Of a DNA stretch of 64,000 nucleotides, positions 18,306-28,788 are shown piece after piece. A program made the translations under genes and the position numbers. The stretch covers positions 322 to 64,321 of the forward strand of contig JAZQYM010000014.1 of assembly GCA_045633525.1 (NCBI GenBank). The letters run 5' to 3'. The notes under the pieces are model-generated. The model was not told where the DNA came from and made no database searches. It saw only the letters and a list, made by a program, of their open reading frames with translations. Every line of letters begins with the position of its first letter. Position 1 is the first letter of the stretch. This DNA is from Alistipes sp. (GTDB taxonomy: Bacteria; Bacteroidota; Bacteroidia; Bacteroidales; Rikenellaceae).

Positions 18306-20426
18306 TTAATGGCGTGCACTTTCCAGGTTCTTCACCTCCTTATTAGCGATGGTGTTCATCGAGTCGATAAGGGTTTTGTCGCAGGTTAGATATAGTGATA
18401 TCTCGGTGCCACGATGCTGGTGTGAGCCAATTTTTGCAGACTGCTTATACACCTTAGCTTTGCGGCATGCAATAAGGTCGTCAACACTATCGTCGTAGAC
18501 TACCTCCGCCACATTCAAACCATTGTCCCACAATGTGTTTTTGGACTGCTGTAGGTTAAGACCCACAAGGCGAGGTGTGATGGTTGTCATCTCCTGTGGC
18601 TGATAGCTTACTTGAAGGGTTATGCCTGTACCTACGGGTACTTTGAGCTTTGTCGATGGTAGAATCTCGTTGTTACCGATGCTCTGCTTCATAACATAGT
18701 CCGTAGAGGTCATATCCTGCTTGTACTCAAGCTTCGCGATGGTAAGACCCGAGCGCTGAACCTGATTAAGCGCCTGACGTAGTGTCTGCTTTGCAACATA
18801 AGGCACATCTACCTTGCGACGTGTGTAGGCATTTACCGTAACATAGATCTTACGACCGGGCTTTACGGTAACCTCGCGTAGTGGCGAGATGCGTGGTAGC
18901 TGGTCTACAACAGTACCTCCAGGAAGGTCCACATCAAAGATTGAGTCGCGCACCACAAGCTGCAAGTCGTTATTCTTTGCTACGCACTCTGCATTGTCAA
19001 GGGTCATACCCATAAAGTTTGGTACCTTGATAACGCTATTGTGACGCGTACCAATCTTCAAACCGAAATAGACACCCAAGAATAGCAGAATACAGACAAT
19101 ACCCATATAGACAAGGTTCGCTATAAGGGGTCTGCGCTTAAGGAATGCAATTACACCGCCCTTACCCTCGCTCTTGGTTTTACTCTTGGCTTTAGTTCTT
19201 GTTGTTGTGGTTTGTACCTTACGAGGAGCCGTCTCCTTTTTAGTATTTGGTTCTGGTCTGCTCGTTGTTCTCTCCTTCTTTGTCTCCATAGGTTTTACCT
19301 CTTGGGTTTTTACTTCTGTTATTACACGCTCGACTATAGGCTCGTCTGTGCGCTCTACGCGATTGTAGTGTGAATCGCGCTCGATAGGTATATAGCCCGC
19401 GCTCTTTACCATATCCTCAAGTTCCTCGACGCTCATCGTAGGGCGCGAGATGCCGCCTGCCATAGAGTATATCTTTGTGGTGTCGCCTATAGTGCCGTCG
19501 ATATCATCTGCGCCAAAGGCAAGTGCCATCTCCGTGGTAGCCTTACCGTATGATACCCAGTATGCCTTGATATGTGGAATGTTGTCAAGGAAGATGCGGC
19601 TAATGGCTATCATTCTCAAATCATCCTCTACTGAGCACTCTCCAGCCTCCGAGAGACGGTTGCCACGGCTGTGATACTTTAATGGAATAAAGGCATCAAA
19701 GCCTGGAGCCTCATCCTGGAGCTTGCGTAGGCGCTCCAAGTGGTCGATGCGCTGCTCAAGGTTCTCGATGTGTCCGTAGAGCATTGTGCAGTTGGTCGAG
19801 ATGCCCATATTGTGTGCCGCACGATGCACCGCAAGCCACTCGTCGGCGTTGCACTTCTCGGGGCATATCTTCTTGCGAAGCTCGGTATCGAAGATCTCTG
19901 CGCCACCACCAGGGATGCACTCCATACCAGCCTCCTTCAAGCGACGTAGACCCTCGACAATAGATATCCCCTCGTTGCGAATCATATAGAATATCTCAAC
20001 GGCAGTGTAAGCCTTAACGGTTACGTGTGGGAGAGCCTTTTTAACGCAGCGAATCATAGCACAGTATGCTGCGAGATCGTGCTTAGGGTGTACGCCACCT
20101 ACGATATGTACCTCGGTGATATCGGCACCACGAAGTTCGTTGGCACGAGCCTCGATCTCCTCCAATGTCATATACCACGCATCGGCATCGCCCTCTCTAC
20201 GTCGGAACGAGCAGAACTCGCAGTTGAAGAGGCAGATGTTCGTAGGCTCAAGATGTACATTACGGTTGTAATATACCTCCTTACCACTGACACTCTCCTT
20301 GCGCTCTGTGGCCAGCTCGCCTAAGAGCCAAAGTGGGGCGTTTTGCCAGAGTACTATTGCATCCTCGGCAGATATACGCTCGTTACGACGAATGCTGTCG
20401 GCTATTTCATTTATACTACGCATCAC
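18306..20426 (-). CDS. mqnE: Fusion of a CofH/MqnE-family radical SAM enzyme (aminofutalosine synthase-like), linker, TM and PASTA domains
   Basis: CLFNCEFC, IPGGGAEIF, TMLYGHIE and HIKAYW in the N-terminal ~360 aa; TM then VPNFMG, VPYVA and PRLVGL PASTA-type starts. Confidence 0.78.
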   Translation of the reverse strand: MMRSINEIADSIRRNERISAEDAIVLWQNAPLWLLGELATERKESVSGKEVYYNRNVHLEPTNICLFNCEFCSFRRREGDADAWYMTLEEIEARANELRGADITEVHIVGGVHPKHDLAAYCAMIRCVKKALPHVTVKAYTAVEIFYMIRNEGISIVEGLRRLKEAGMECIPGGGAEIFDTELRKKICPEKCNADEWLAVHRAAHNMGISTNCTMLYGHIENLEQRIDHLERLRKLQDEAPGFDAFIPLKYHSRGNRLSEAGECSVEDDLRMIAISRIFLDNIPHIKAYWVSYGKATTEMALAFGADDIDGTIGDTTKIYSMAGGISRPTMSVEELEDMVKSAGYIPIERDSHYNRVERTDEPIVERVITEVKTQEVKPMETKKERTTSRPEPNTKKETAPRKVQTTTTRTKAKSKTKSEGKGGVIAFLKRRPLIANLVYMGIVCILLFLGVYFGLKIGTRHNSVIKVPNFMGMTLDNAECVAKNNDLQLVVRDSIFDVDLPGGTVVDQLPRISPLREVTVKPGRKIYVTVNAYTRRKVDVPYVAKQTLRQALNQVQRSGLTIAKLEYKQDMTSTDYVMKQSIGNNEILPSTKLKVPVGTGITLQVSYQPQEMTTITPRLVGLNLQQSKNTLWDNGLNVAEVVYDDSVDDLIACRKAKVYKQSAKIGSHQHRGTEISLYLTCDKTLIDSMNTIANKEVKNLESARH

Positions 20427-21535
20427 TATTTTGGGGCTTTACGGTAGACATATATTGCAATTATGGTGAATATCAAGTTAGGCAGCCACACAGCTATCCA
20501 TGGTGGTAGTGTGCCACCCAAGGCTACCTGCTCGAAGATACGACCAAGCATAATGTAACCGAAGCATAGTGTGATACCTAAACCGATATGCATACCCATA
20601 CCACCACGCACCTTGCGTGAGGCTATGGAGACGCCTATAATAGTAAGAATAAAGGTCGAGAATGGGTATGAGAAGCGAATGTGACGCTCCACTTCGATAA
20701 GGAAGAGTGAGTCTGAACCCTTGCTCTTTTGCTGTAGGTAGAAGTCGTTTAGCTCATCAATTCGTAGGGTCTTAACCAAACCCTTGGTGTCGATTAGCTC
20801 GCGCGCATCGAGATTGATAAGAGTATCGAGATTTCTAAACTGCTCGTATCCAAGTGCACCATCCTCCGTGCGAGAATAGATCACATAGCGTGGTGCTGTC
20901 CAACGTCCCGACTCATCGTCGAACATAGCGCTTGCAGCCTCAAGCTTCTCAACCATTTCAGAGCCGTCGTACTTCTCCATTGCAAAGAATGGAACACGCT
21001 CTGTATGAGGGTTGTAACCGCGTACATATACGAATGTTCCCTTCTCGAGCTGACGGTAAATATTCTGGTCGTAGTCGATAAGCTGGTTACCCTTAAAGTA
21101 TTTCGACTGGAACTCCACGCTCTCCTTCTGACCCTCAGGGATAATCCATAGACTAAGCGAGAGACTCGTTAGTGCGATGATGCCTGCGCCAAGCATATAT
21201 GGCCACATCAAACGGCGGAAACTGATACCTCCAGCCAGCACCGCCACAATTTCGGTCTGCATAGCCATCTTTGAGGTGAAGAAGATTACCGATATAAAGG
21301 TAAAGAGTGCACTAAATTGGTTTATGAAGTGGGGTATGAAGTTTAGATAGTAGTCGAATACAATCGCCTTCCATGGCGCGTGTAGCTCGGTAAAGTCATC
21401 GACACGCTCCACATAGTCGAAGACAACCAAGATAATGGTCATCATCAACAAACCAAATAGATAGGTGAGCAAAAACTTGCGCAAGATGTATCTATCTAAC
21501 GTTCTATATGTTGGTATGGATGGAATAATTCTCAC
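20426..21535 (-). CDS. LptF/LptG family LPS export permease
   Basis: LDRYILRKFL, three-TM / periplasmic domain / three-TM layout, WLPN motif. Confidence 0.88.
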   Translation of the reverse strand: MRIIPSIPTYRTLDRYILRKFLLTYLFGLLMMTIILVVFDYVERVDDFTELHAPWKAIVFDYYLNFIPHFINQFSALFTFISVIFFTSKMAMQTEIVAVLAGGISFRRLMWPYMLGAGIIALTSLSLSLWIIPEGQKESVEFQSKYFKGNQLIDYDQNIYRQLEKGTFVYVRGYNPHTERVPFFAMEKYDGSEMVEKLEAASAMFDDESGRWTAPRYVIYSRTEDGALGYEQFRNLDTLINLDARELIDTKGLVKTLRIDELNDFYLQQKSKGSDSLFLIEVERHIRFSYPFSTFILTIIGVSIASRKVRGGMGMHIGLGITLCFGYIMLGRIFEQVALGGTLPPWIAVWLPNLIFTIIAIYVYRKAPK

Positions 21536-21555
21536 GTTAATCTTCGTTTATCTGT

Positions 21556-22686
21556 TTATAGTCTGCGACTAAGTTTTACGACCATCTCCTCCTTCCAAGG
21601 CTTAAAGTCTCCAGCGATGATATGCTTGCGAGCCTCGCCCACAAGCCATAGGTAGAAGGCTGTGTTGTGTAGCGATGCTATCTGCGCTGCAAGCATCTCC
21701 TTGCATACTACAAGGTGGTGGAGGTATGCCTTGGTGTACTGGTGGTCAACAAATGTTACACCATTAGGGTCGATAGGCGAAAAGTCGTTCTCCCACTTCT
21801 TGTTGCGGATGTTTATCACACCCTCCGATGTGAAGATCTGACCGTTACGACCATTACGTGTAGGCATCACGCAGTCGAACATATCAACACCGCGATCGAT
21901 ACCCTCGAGAATGTTAACTGGGGTACCTACACCCATAAGGTAGCGTGGCTTGTCGGTTGGGAGCACCGAGTTGCAAACCTCAATCATCGAGTACATTACA
22001 TCGGTAGGTTCACCCACTGCCAAGCCTCCAATGGCGTAGCCATCAGCATTGTACTGAAGCACGTTGCGTGCTGCGCGCTCTCGGAGGTCAGGGTAGCCAG
22101 CACCCTGAACAATAGGGAATAGCGACTGGTAGTGACCCCACTTAGGTGCTGTCTGGTGGTAGCGATTGAAGCAACGCTCTAACCAACGCTCGGTTAGCGC
22201 CAACGACTTCTTAGCGTAGTCGTATGGAGCATCACCTGGAGGACACTCGTCGAATGCCATCATAATATCTGCGCCAATGGTGCGCTCAGTGTCGATAACA
22301 CTCTCAGGTGTAAAGATGTGGCGCGAGCCATCGATATGTGACTGGAAGTGGCAACCATCCTCCTTTAGCTTGCGACATGCAGCCAACGAAAAGACCTGAA
22401 AACCACCACTATCTGTAAGCATCGGTTTGTTCCATGACGAGAAGCGGTGAACACCACCCGCCTGCTCGATGATATCCATGCCTGGGCGGAGGTAGAGGTG
22501 GTAGGTGTTGGCAAGAATAATTTGAGCCTTAGCCTCCTCTTCTACATCGCGGTGGAAGATACCCTTCATAGCGGCAGCTGTGCCTACGGGCATAAATATT
22601 GGAGTCTCAATATTACCGTGGTCGGTCTCGATAAGTCCTGCTCGCGCATTGGTGGCAGGAGCGGTATGTTGTAAAGTAAATTTCAT
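21556..22686 (-). CDS. tgt: tRNA-guanine transglycosylase
   Basis: TPIFMPVGT, TDSGGFQVFSL and DMFDCVMPTR motifs; start at MKFTL. Confidence 0.96.
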   Translation of the reverse strand: MKFTLQHTAPATNARAGLIETDHGNIETPIFMPVGTAAAMKGIFHRDVEEEAKAQIILANTYHLYLRPGMDIIEQAGGVHRFSSWNKPMLTDSGGFQVFSLAACRKLKEDGCHFQSHIDGSRHIFTPESVIDTERTIGADIMMAFDECPPGDAPYDYAKKSLALTERWLERCFNRYHQTAPKWGHYQSLFPIVQGAGYPDLRERAARNVLQYNADGYAIGGLAVGEPTDVMYSMIEVCNSVLPTDKPRYLMGVGTPVNILEGIDRGVDMFDCVMPTRNGRNGQIFTSEGVINIRNKKWENDFSPIDPNGVTFVDHQYTKAYLHHLVVCKEMLAAQIASLHNTAFYLWLVGEARKHIIAGDFKPWKEEMVVKLSRRL

Positions 22687-22791
22687 AACTATGTATATAA
22701 CGCACAAAGATACGAAAAATAATTGTGAATTGAGCATTGTGAAATATGATTTATTTCACTATCTTTGTGCGATTATAGAATGAGATAAACT

Positions 22792-23952
22792 GTGGTACAT
22801 TTTTTTAGCAAAATACTCGAACATTACACATGGGCAGGCGTAGCGCTTATGGCGGTTATCCTCGTCCTCTTCTTTGTACAGCTATATTACTATCTTATAG
22901 CCTATTACCGTATATATCGTTTTAGGCTTATGCGCCGAAAGCGTAGGTTTGTGGAGAATCCTCCAGTCTCGGTGATTGTGGCTGTACGTGGCGAAAATGA
23001 GAGATTTCTAACAGATGAGCTTCCTGTGTTGCTTAGTCAGCAGTATCCATATTACGAGGTTGTAGTGGTATATATTGGTCGTGATATGGAGTATTATGAG
23101 CAGTTGCAGAACATTCGCAACAACTACTCCTATATGCGTCTTACTAAGATGAGTGGTAACGAGCGCATCTATATCACCACAAAGCAGGCGTTGAACGTGG
23201 GTATTAAGTCGGCGCAGTACGAGGCGTTGCTCTTTACTACTACGGGATCGATGCCTAAGACTGAGGATTGGGTGACCTTTATGGCTAAGGGCTTTGAGTA
23301 TGGTGAGGTTGTGGTTGGCTCCTCGATTGCATCGTACGAGCAGGATGGTGTGACTAACTACCTTAAGCGTATGGTTGAGTTGCACAAAACTCGCAACGCT
23401 ATGGCTGCTGCTGTGCAAGGCAAGTTCTACTATGCTCCACGTTGTAACTATGGCTTTACCAAGTCGCTCTATGACTCTACTCGAGGATATAACCACCTCG
23501 GCATTGATATTGGTGATAACGACCTCTATTTGCAGGATATTGCTACTCCTGAGCGTTTGGCTGTTGTGCTTTCGCCACGCGCTATTGTCGAGGAGCAGCG
23601 ACCAGAGGAGTGGCGCGAGTGGTTGGAGCACATGCGCTACTATGGCTCTACAGTAGATAGCTATCCAGCTGCGCGTAAGCTCTTTATGCGTCGCGAGATG
23701 GGTAGTCGTGTATTGTTCTTCCTAAGTTCTATTGTGGCGATTGTTGTTTTGCCACTCGAGATAAAGATCACAGTGGCGGTGATGATGCTACTGCGTTATC
23801 TTGTTGTTTTGTTGTCGTCGCACCACGTAGGGCGAAAGCTCGGAGAGAGGGGTATTGCCTCGAAGTATTGGATGTACGATTTAGTAGGACCTGTTATTGA
23901 GTGGATAATTGGCTCGCACGATAGTTATAACACCCCAAAGATATGGAGATAG
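22792..23952 (+). CDS. Family 2 glycosyltransferase-like membrane protein
   Basis: N-terminal TM, PPVSVIVA, KQALNVGI and GDNDL motifs, C-terminal TMs. The DxD position reads FTTTG, so it may be degenerate. Confidence 0.75.
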   Translation: MVHFFSKILEHYTWAGVALMAVILVLFFVQLYYYLIAYYRIYRFRLMRRKRRFVENPPVSVIVAVRGENERFLTDELPVLLSQQYPYYEVVVVYIGRDMEYYEQLQNIRNNYSYMRLTKMSGNERIYITTKQALNVGIKSAQYEALLFTTTGSMPKTEDWVTFMAKGFEYGEVVVGSSIASYEQDGVTNYLKRMVELHKTRNAMAAAVQGKFYYAPRCNYGFTKSLYDSTRGYNHLGIDIGDNDLYLQDIATPERLAVVLSPRAIVEEQRPEEWREWLEHMRYYGSTVDSYPAARKLFMRREMGSRVLFFLSSIVAIVVLPLEIKITVAVMMLLRYLVVLLSSHHVGRKLGERGIASKYWMYDLVGPVIEWIIGSHDSYNTPKIWR

Positions 23953-24500
23953 ATGACTACATCGTAGCCAGTGATGCTATGTTGGTGGACCTTGCCAAGG
24001 CGGGAGATCAGCAGGCGTTTGAGTATCTCTTTACGCGCTATCGTGATGCTTTGATGCGCCTCTTTGAACAGCGTTTGGATGAGAAGACTGTGGCGAGTGA
24101 CCTTCTGCAGGAGACCTTCATTAAGGTCTATCTGCATATCAACGACTACTCGAAGAGTTACACCTTCGGTCAGTGGGTCTATTCCATCGCGCGCAATACG
24201 CTTGTCGACCATTTGCGTAGAAAGAGTGGTGATGTGTCGCTTGATGAGCGCTTTCGTGCGCCCATTGCAACATCCCCTTCGCCCGAGGAGTCGGTGATTA
24301 TAAACCAGACAAGGGCACACTTCTACAACGCCTTGGAGGAGCTAACGCCGGAGTATCGTCAGGTAATCGAGATGCGCTTCTTGGAGGAGTACTCCTACGA
24401 AGAGATTGCCGAGAAACTTGGTCGTCCGCTAAATACGATAAAGACGCAGATACGTCGTGCACGAGCAACAATTTGTAAGATGATAATCGAAAAGGAGTAA
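23943..24500 (+). CDS. ECF RNA polymerase sigma-70 factor
   Basis: DLLQETFIK, WVYSIARN and YSYEEIAEKLGRPLNTIK motifs. Confidence 0.93.
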   Translation: MEIDDYIVASDAMLVDLAKAGDQQAFEYLFTRYRDALMRLFEQRLDEKTVASDLLQETFIKVYLHINDYSKSYTFGQWVYSIARNTLVDHLRRKSGDVSLDERFRAPIATSPSPEESVIINQTRAHFYNALEELTPEYRQVIEMRFLEEYSYEEIAEKLGRPLNTIKTQIRRARATICKMIIEKE

Positions 24501-24518
24501 CCCGAAAGGTTTAAAGGT

Positions 24519-25154
24519 ATGGATAGTAAACTGATATTGAAATACTTTCCCGATATTACGCCTCACCAGCAGGAGCAGTTTGCGAAGCTTGGCGCACTCT
24601 ATAGCGAGTGGAATGCACGCATAAATGTGGTGTCGCGCAAGGATATGGAGCACCTCTATACTCGTCATATTCTGCACTCGTTGGCTATTGCCAAGGTCTG
24701 CCAGTTTAAGGCTGGAGCTAAGGTTGTAGATATCGGTTGTGGTGGAGGCTTTCCTTCGGTGCCACTTGCTATCCTATTTCCCGATGTGGAGTTTGTAGGT
24801 GTTGACTCTATTGGTAAGAAGATAAAGGTTGTCGAGGGTGTTGCAGAGGGTGCGGAGATTAAGAACCTACGCGCTGTGAACTCCCGTGCCGAGCAGCTCG
24901 GCGAGAAGTTCGACTATGTGGTGTCGCGTGCCGTTACAGAGATGTCGAAGTTTATGCCTTGGGCGTGGGTGTTGTTGCGTAAGGGCGAGGCTGGAACACT
25001 CAAGAATGGTATTCTCTACCTCAAGGGTGGTGATTTGGCCGAGGAGCTTGCCCTAACACGTCGCAGATGGGATGTCCACGATATCGGTGCGATGTTTGAC
25101 GATGAATTTTTTGAGACTAAGCGTGTGGTATATACACCATACGACGGTAAATAG
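24519..25154 (+). CDS. rsmG: 16S rRNA m7G527 methyltransferase
   Basis: HILHSL, DIGCGGGFP, SRAV and LKGG motifs. Confidence 0.95.
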   Translation: MDSKLILKYFPDITPHQQEQFAKLGALYSEWNARINVVSRKDMEHLYTRHILHSLAIAKVCQFKAGAKVVDIGCGGGFPSVPLAILFPDVEFVGVDSIGKKIKVVEGVAEGAEIKNLRAVNSRAEQLGEKFDYVVSRAVTEMSKFMPWAWVLLRKGEAGTLKNGILYLKGGDLAEELALTRRRWDVHDIGAMFDDEFFETKRVVYTPYDGK

Positions 25155-25160
25155 TGTTGT

Positions 25161-26888
25161 ATGATTATGATGGAGGGATATAGACTAACGAGTGTCGCCG
25201 AGCGCGAGGCGTTGCACCTTCGCGGCTGTTATGCCGAGGAGTGGGATAGAGTTTGGGTATCTGAGGATTTCAGCCCTATGCAGTTGCGCCATGTTCGTTT
25301 TGAGGGTAGTGCAACCATTGGCTCTAAGACCCTTGTTAGCGACTCCACGATATCGAACTATCATATTGGTAGCAACTGCATCATCGATGATGTATTGCGT
25401 ATGGAGTGCCGCAAGGAGTCATCCTTTGGTGAGGGTGTGAGCGTGGCTGCTGTAAATGAGAATGGTGGTCGCTCGGCACTAATATATAGAGAGTTAACCG
25501 CGCAGATAGCCTACCTAATGACTATGATGCGCAACCGCCCACAGATGGTTGAGGCTCTAAAGACTATGGTTGAGGAGCGAGCCAAGAAGCATATCTCGAA
25601 TATGGGTCGTGTGGGTGATAATAGCTCGGTGCTCGGAGCGAGATTTATACGTGAGACCATCATTGAGGAGAATTGCCGTGTGGAGGGTGTGTCGCACCTT
25701 GAGAATGGTACTATTGGCAGTCGCTCATACGTCGGTATCGATGTTCGCGCACGCAACTTTATTATAGATAACGATGCCTATGTGAGTGGTGCTTCAAGCC
25801 TTGAGCGTGCCTTTGTAGGCGAGAAGTCGGTGGTGGATAATGGCTTTACAGCGATTGATACGTTGATGTTTGCCAACTGCCACTTCGAGAATGGAGAGGC
25901 AGCATCGGTCTTTGCTGGACCATTTACCGTATCGCACCATAAGTCCTCGTTGTTGATTGCGGGTATCTTCTCCTTCTTCAACGCGGGTAGTGGTACTAAC
26001 CAGACGAACCACCTCTTTAAGAGTGGTGCGGTGCATCAGGCGGTGCATCAGCGTGGTAGTAAGTTTGGTAGTAGTGCCTACGTTATGTCGCCAGCTATCG
26101 AGGGTCCATATACCGTGATTCTTGGTCGCCATACGCGCCACCACGACACTCAGGATATGCCATACTCCTACCTTATCGAGGAGGGTGGTCAGTCGGTGTT
26201 GATGCCAGCTTTGTCGCTAAAGAGCTACGGTACGGTGCGCGATATTGAGAAGTGGAAGAGTCGTGATCGTCGCTCGCTTAAGCGCGATAATATATGTTTC
26301 GAGGAGCACAACCCATTTGTTACGGGTAAGATGCTTCGCGGTGTAGATACCCTTACACGCCTATTGGATGGTAACCCAGAGGCAAAGAGCTATAACTACA
26401 ATCGTACGATAATAAAGACCCCTATGGCAGAGCGCGGTGTAAAGCTCTATAATAGTGCTATTGCAGCATCGTTGGGTGCTATGCTTGCGGCTGGTGACTA
26501 CCATTCGAAGTCGTACGACGGCACGGAGTGGATAGATGTTGCGGGTCAGTATCTGCCACTTGGTGTTGTGGAACAGATAATGGGCGATATCGCAGAGCGT
26601 GGTGCCTCGTTAAGTGATGTTGCATCGCGATTTGATGCCCTTATGTCGGAGTATAACGATATGGCGGCAGCCTATGCCTATGGTGTATTGAGCCAGTTGA
26701 TGGGCTACGCTCCTACGGATGATGAGGTGAAGGATGTTATCCTCTCGTCGGAGAATATCCGTAAGTCGATGCGCGAGGTTACCGAGTCGGATCGTATGCG
26801 TGATTCGGGCTTCGATATGATGGTGGGTTATGGCTACGACTTCCGCGACGAAGAGGAGCATAAGGCAGATTTCCTAAATTCAAGATAG
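25161..26888 (+). CDS. DUF4954 family protein (left-handed beta-helix-like)
   Basis: AVNENGGR and NGEAASVFAGPFTVSHHKSSLLIAG motifs typical of Bacteroidales DUF4954. Confidence 0.8.
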   Translation: MIMMEGYRLTSVAEREALHLRGCYAEEWDRVWVSEDFSPMQLRHVRFEGSATIGSKTLVSDSTISNYHIGSNCIIDDVLRMECRKESSFGEGVSVAAVNENGGRSALIYRELTAQIAYLMTMMRNRPQMVEALKTMVEERAKKHISNMGRVGDNSSVLGARFIRETIIEENCRVEGVSHLENGTIGSRSYVGIDVRARNFIIDNDAYVSGASSLERAFVGEKSVVDNGFTAIDTLMFANCHFENGEAASVFAGPFTVSHHKSSLLIAGIFSFFNAGSGTNQTNHLFKSGAVHQAVHQRGSKFGSSAYVMSPAIEGPYTVILGRHTRHHDTQDMPYSYLIEEGGQSVLMPALSLKSYGTVRDIEKWKSRDRRSLKRDNICFEEHNPFVTGKMLRGVDTLTRLLDGNPEAKSYNYNRTIIKTPMAERGVKLYNSAIAASLGAMLAAGDYHSKSYDGTEWIDVAGQYLPLGVVEQIMGDIAERGASLSDVASRFDALMSEYNDMAAAYAYGVLSQLMGYAPTDDEVKDVILSSENIRKSMREVTESDRMRDSGFDMMVGYGYDFRDEEEHKADFLNSR

Positions 26889-26937
26889 AGAGATATTTTA
26901 AATAACTATAATGTAAAACCAAACACAATCTAAGACT

Positions 26938-27861
26938 ATGGAGAAAGTACGAGTTTTGATTATTGGTAGCGGTCCTGCAGGTTTCACCGCTGCAATCTAC
27001 ACTTCACGAGCTAACCTATCACCAGTGCTCTACGAGGGTATCGAGCCAGGTGGTCAGCTTACTACAACTACTGAGATTGAGAACTTCCCAGGCTACCCAC
27101 AGGGTATCACTGGTACTGCTATGATGGAGGACTTGCGTAAGCAGGCTTTGCGTTTCGGTGCAGATGTTCGTCGTGGTATAATCACAAATATCGACCTTTC
27201 AGAGCGCCCATTCAAGGTTACTGTAGACCATGAGCACCAGATCGAGGCTGATGCTGTTATCGTTGCTACAGGTGCTTCGGCTAAGTATCTTGGCTTGGAG
27301 TCTGAGGCTAAGTATCGTGGTATGGGTGTTAGCGCTTGCGCTACTTGCGACGGTTTCTTCTACCGTAAGCAGGATGTAGCTGTTGTTGGTGGTGGTGACA
27401 CTGCTTGCGAGGAGGCTACATACTTAGCATCTATCTGTAAGAAGGTTTACCTTATCGTTCGTAAGGACTACCTCCGTGCATCTAAGGCTATGCAGGAGCG
27501 TGTGTTCAACACTCCAAACATCGAGGTATTGTTCGAGCACAACACTAAGGAGGTTCTTGGTGACGAGGATGGCGTAACAGGTGTACGTGTTGTTAGCAAC
27601 TCTGGCGAGGAGCGCGTATTGGATATCATGGGCTTCTTCCTTGCTATCGGTCACCATCCAAATGTTGAGGTATTCAAGGGTCAGCTGGAGCTTGACGAGC
27701 AGGGTTACATCAAGGTTGTTCCAGGCACATCTAAGACCTCTGTTGAGGGTGTATTTGCTGCTGGTGATGTTAAGGATCCACACTACCGTCAGGCTATCAC
27801 AGCTGCAGGCTCTGGCTGTATCGCAGCTCTCGACTGCGAGCGTTGGTTGCTTGCGCAGTAA
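26938..27861 (+). CDS. trxB: Thioredoxin reductase
   Basis: GSGPAG, CATCDG and GGGDTA motifs. Confidence 0.97.
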   Translation: MEKVRVLIIGSGPAGFTAAIYTSRANLSPVLYEGIEPGGQLTTTTEIENFPGYPQGITGTAMMEDLRKQALRFGADVRRGIITNIDLSERPFKVTVDHEHQIEADAVIVATGASAKYLGLESEAKYRGMGVSACATCDGFFYRKQDVAVVGGGDTACEEATYLASICKKVYLIVRKDYLRASKAMQERVFNTPNIEVLFEHNTKEVLGDEDGVTGVRVVSNSGEERVLDIMGFFLAIGHHPNVEVFKGQLELDEQGYIKVVPGTSKTSVEGVFAAGDVKDPHYRQAITAAGSGCIAALDCERWLLAQ

Positions 27862-27864
27862 TAT

Positions 27865-28788
27865 ATGGCGTTTAGCGTAACCATACTTGGTAACTCTTCC
27901 GCTAAACCAACACCTAAGGCTCACCCCTCGGCACAGGTAGTAAACCTCAATGAGCAGTACTACCTTGTGGATGCGGGTGAGGGTGTTCAACAGCAGCTCA
28001 TTAGGCGTGGCATCAATCCGCTACGCCTAAGAGCTGTTTTTATATCACATCTGCACGGCGACCACTGCTTCGGACTCTTTCCGCTTATCGCTACACTCGG
28101 CTTGGAGGGTAAGCGCACACCGCTCGATATCTATGCCCCAGCACCTATGGGTGATATCTTAGAGTATCATCGCAAGTACTTCTGGGACGACCTCCCATAC
28201 GAGGTTAAGTGGCACGAGGTGAAGACTACGGAGCACGCCATTATCTTTGAAAATAGCACCCTTGAGGTGTGGTCGGTGCCGTTGAGGCATACGATGCCTA
28301 CGGCGGGCTTCCACTTTAAGGAGAAGCAGCCAGGGCTTAACGTTGATAAGTTCAAGATTGAGCGATACGGTCTCTCGATAGCGCAGATTGTGGCAGCAAA
28401 GCGTGGTGAGGATATAACCCTTGATAGTGGTGAGGTTATCCCCAACGCTGAACTTACCTACATCCCTTACGTAGCGCGCTCATACGCCTATCTTGCCGAT
28501 ACCAACTACTCGGCAAAGGCTGCTGAGAGGGTCAATGGGGTAGATCTTATGTATCACGAGGCGACATACGCCCTAAGCGAGGAGCAGTGGGCTAAGGGTC
28601 GCGGACACTCCACAACGATAGATGCTGCAAAGGTGGCACTCAAGGCTGAGGCGAAGAGGCTTATTATAGGTCACTTCTCGTCGCGCTATAAGGACTACGA
28701 TGCCCTTGTTGAGGAGTGCAGAACAATCTTTTCAAATACCGCTCTTGCCGCCGAAGGCGAGACATTTATTATCGAGGAGAGACGATGA
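27865..28788 (+). CDS. rnz: Ribonuclease Z
   Basis: SHLHGDH, HEATY, GHST and GHFSSRY motifs. Confidence 0.93.
   Translation: MAFSVTILGNSSAKPTPKAHPSAQVVNLNEQYYLVDAGEGVQQQLIRRGINPLRLRAVFISHLHGDHCFGLFPLIATLGLEGKRTPLDIYAPAPMGDILEYHRKYFWDDLPYEVKWHEVKTTEHAIIFENSTLEVWSVPLRHTMPTAGFHFKEKQPGLNVDKFKIERYGLSIAQIVAAKRGEDITLDSGEVIPNAELTYIPYVARSYAYLADTNYSAKAAERVNGVDLMYHEATYALSEEQWAKGRGHSTTIDAAKVALKAEAKRLIIGHFSSRYKDYDALVEECRTIFSNTALAAEGETFIIEERR

Noticed and set aside
18273-18308. In-frame NGNAAKEQEE after the TAA of the MqnE-PASTA gene (readthrough or recoding)
   Set aside because: Only 10 codons; TAA ends many other genes here, so a late nonsense change or chance is enough.
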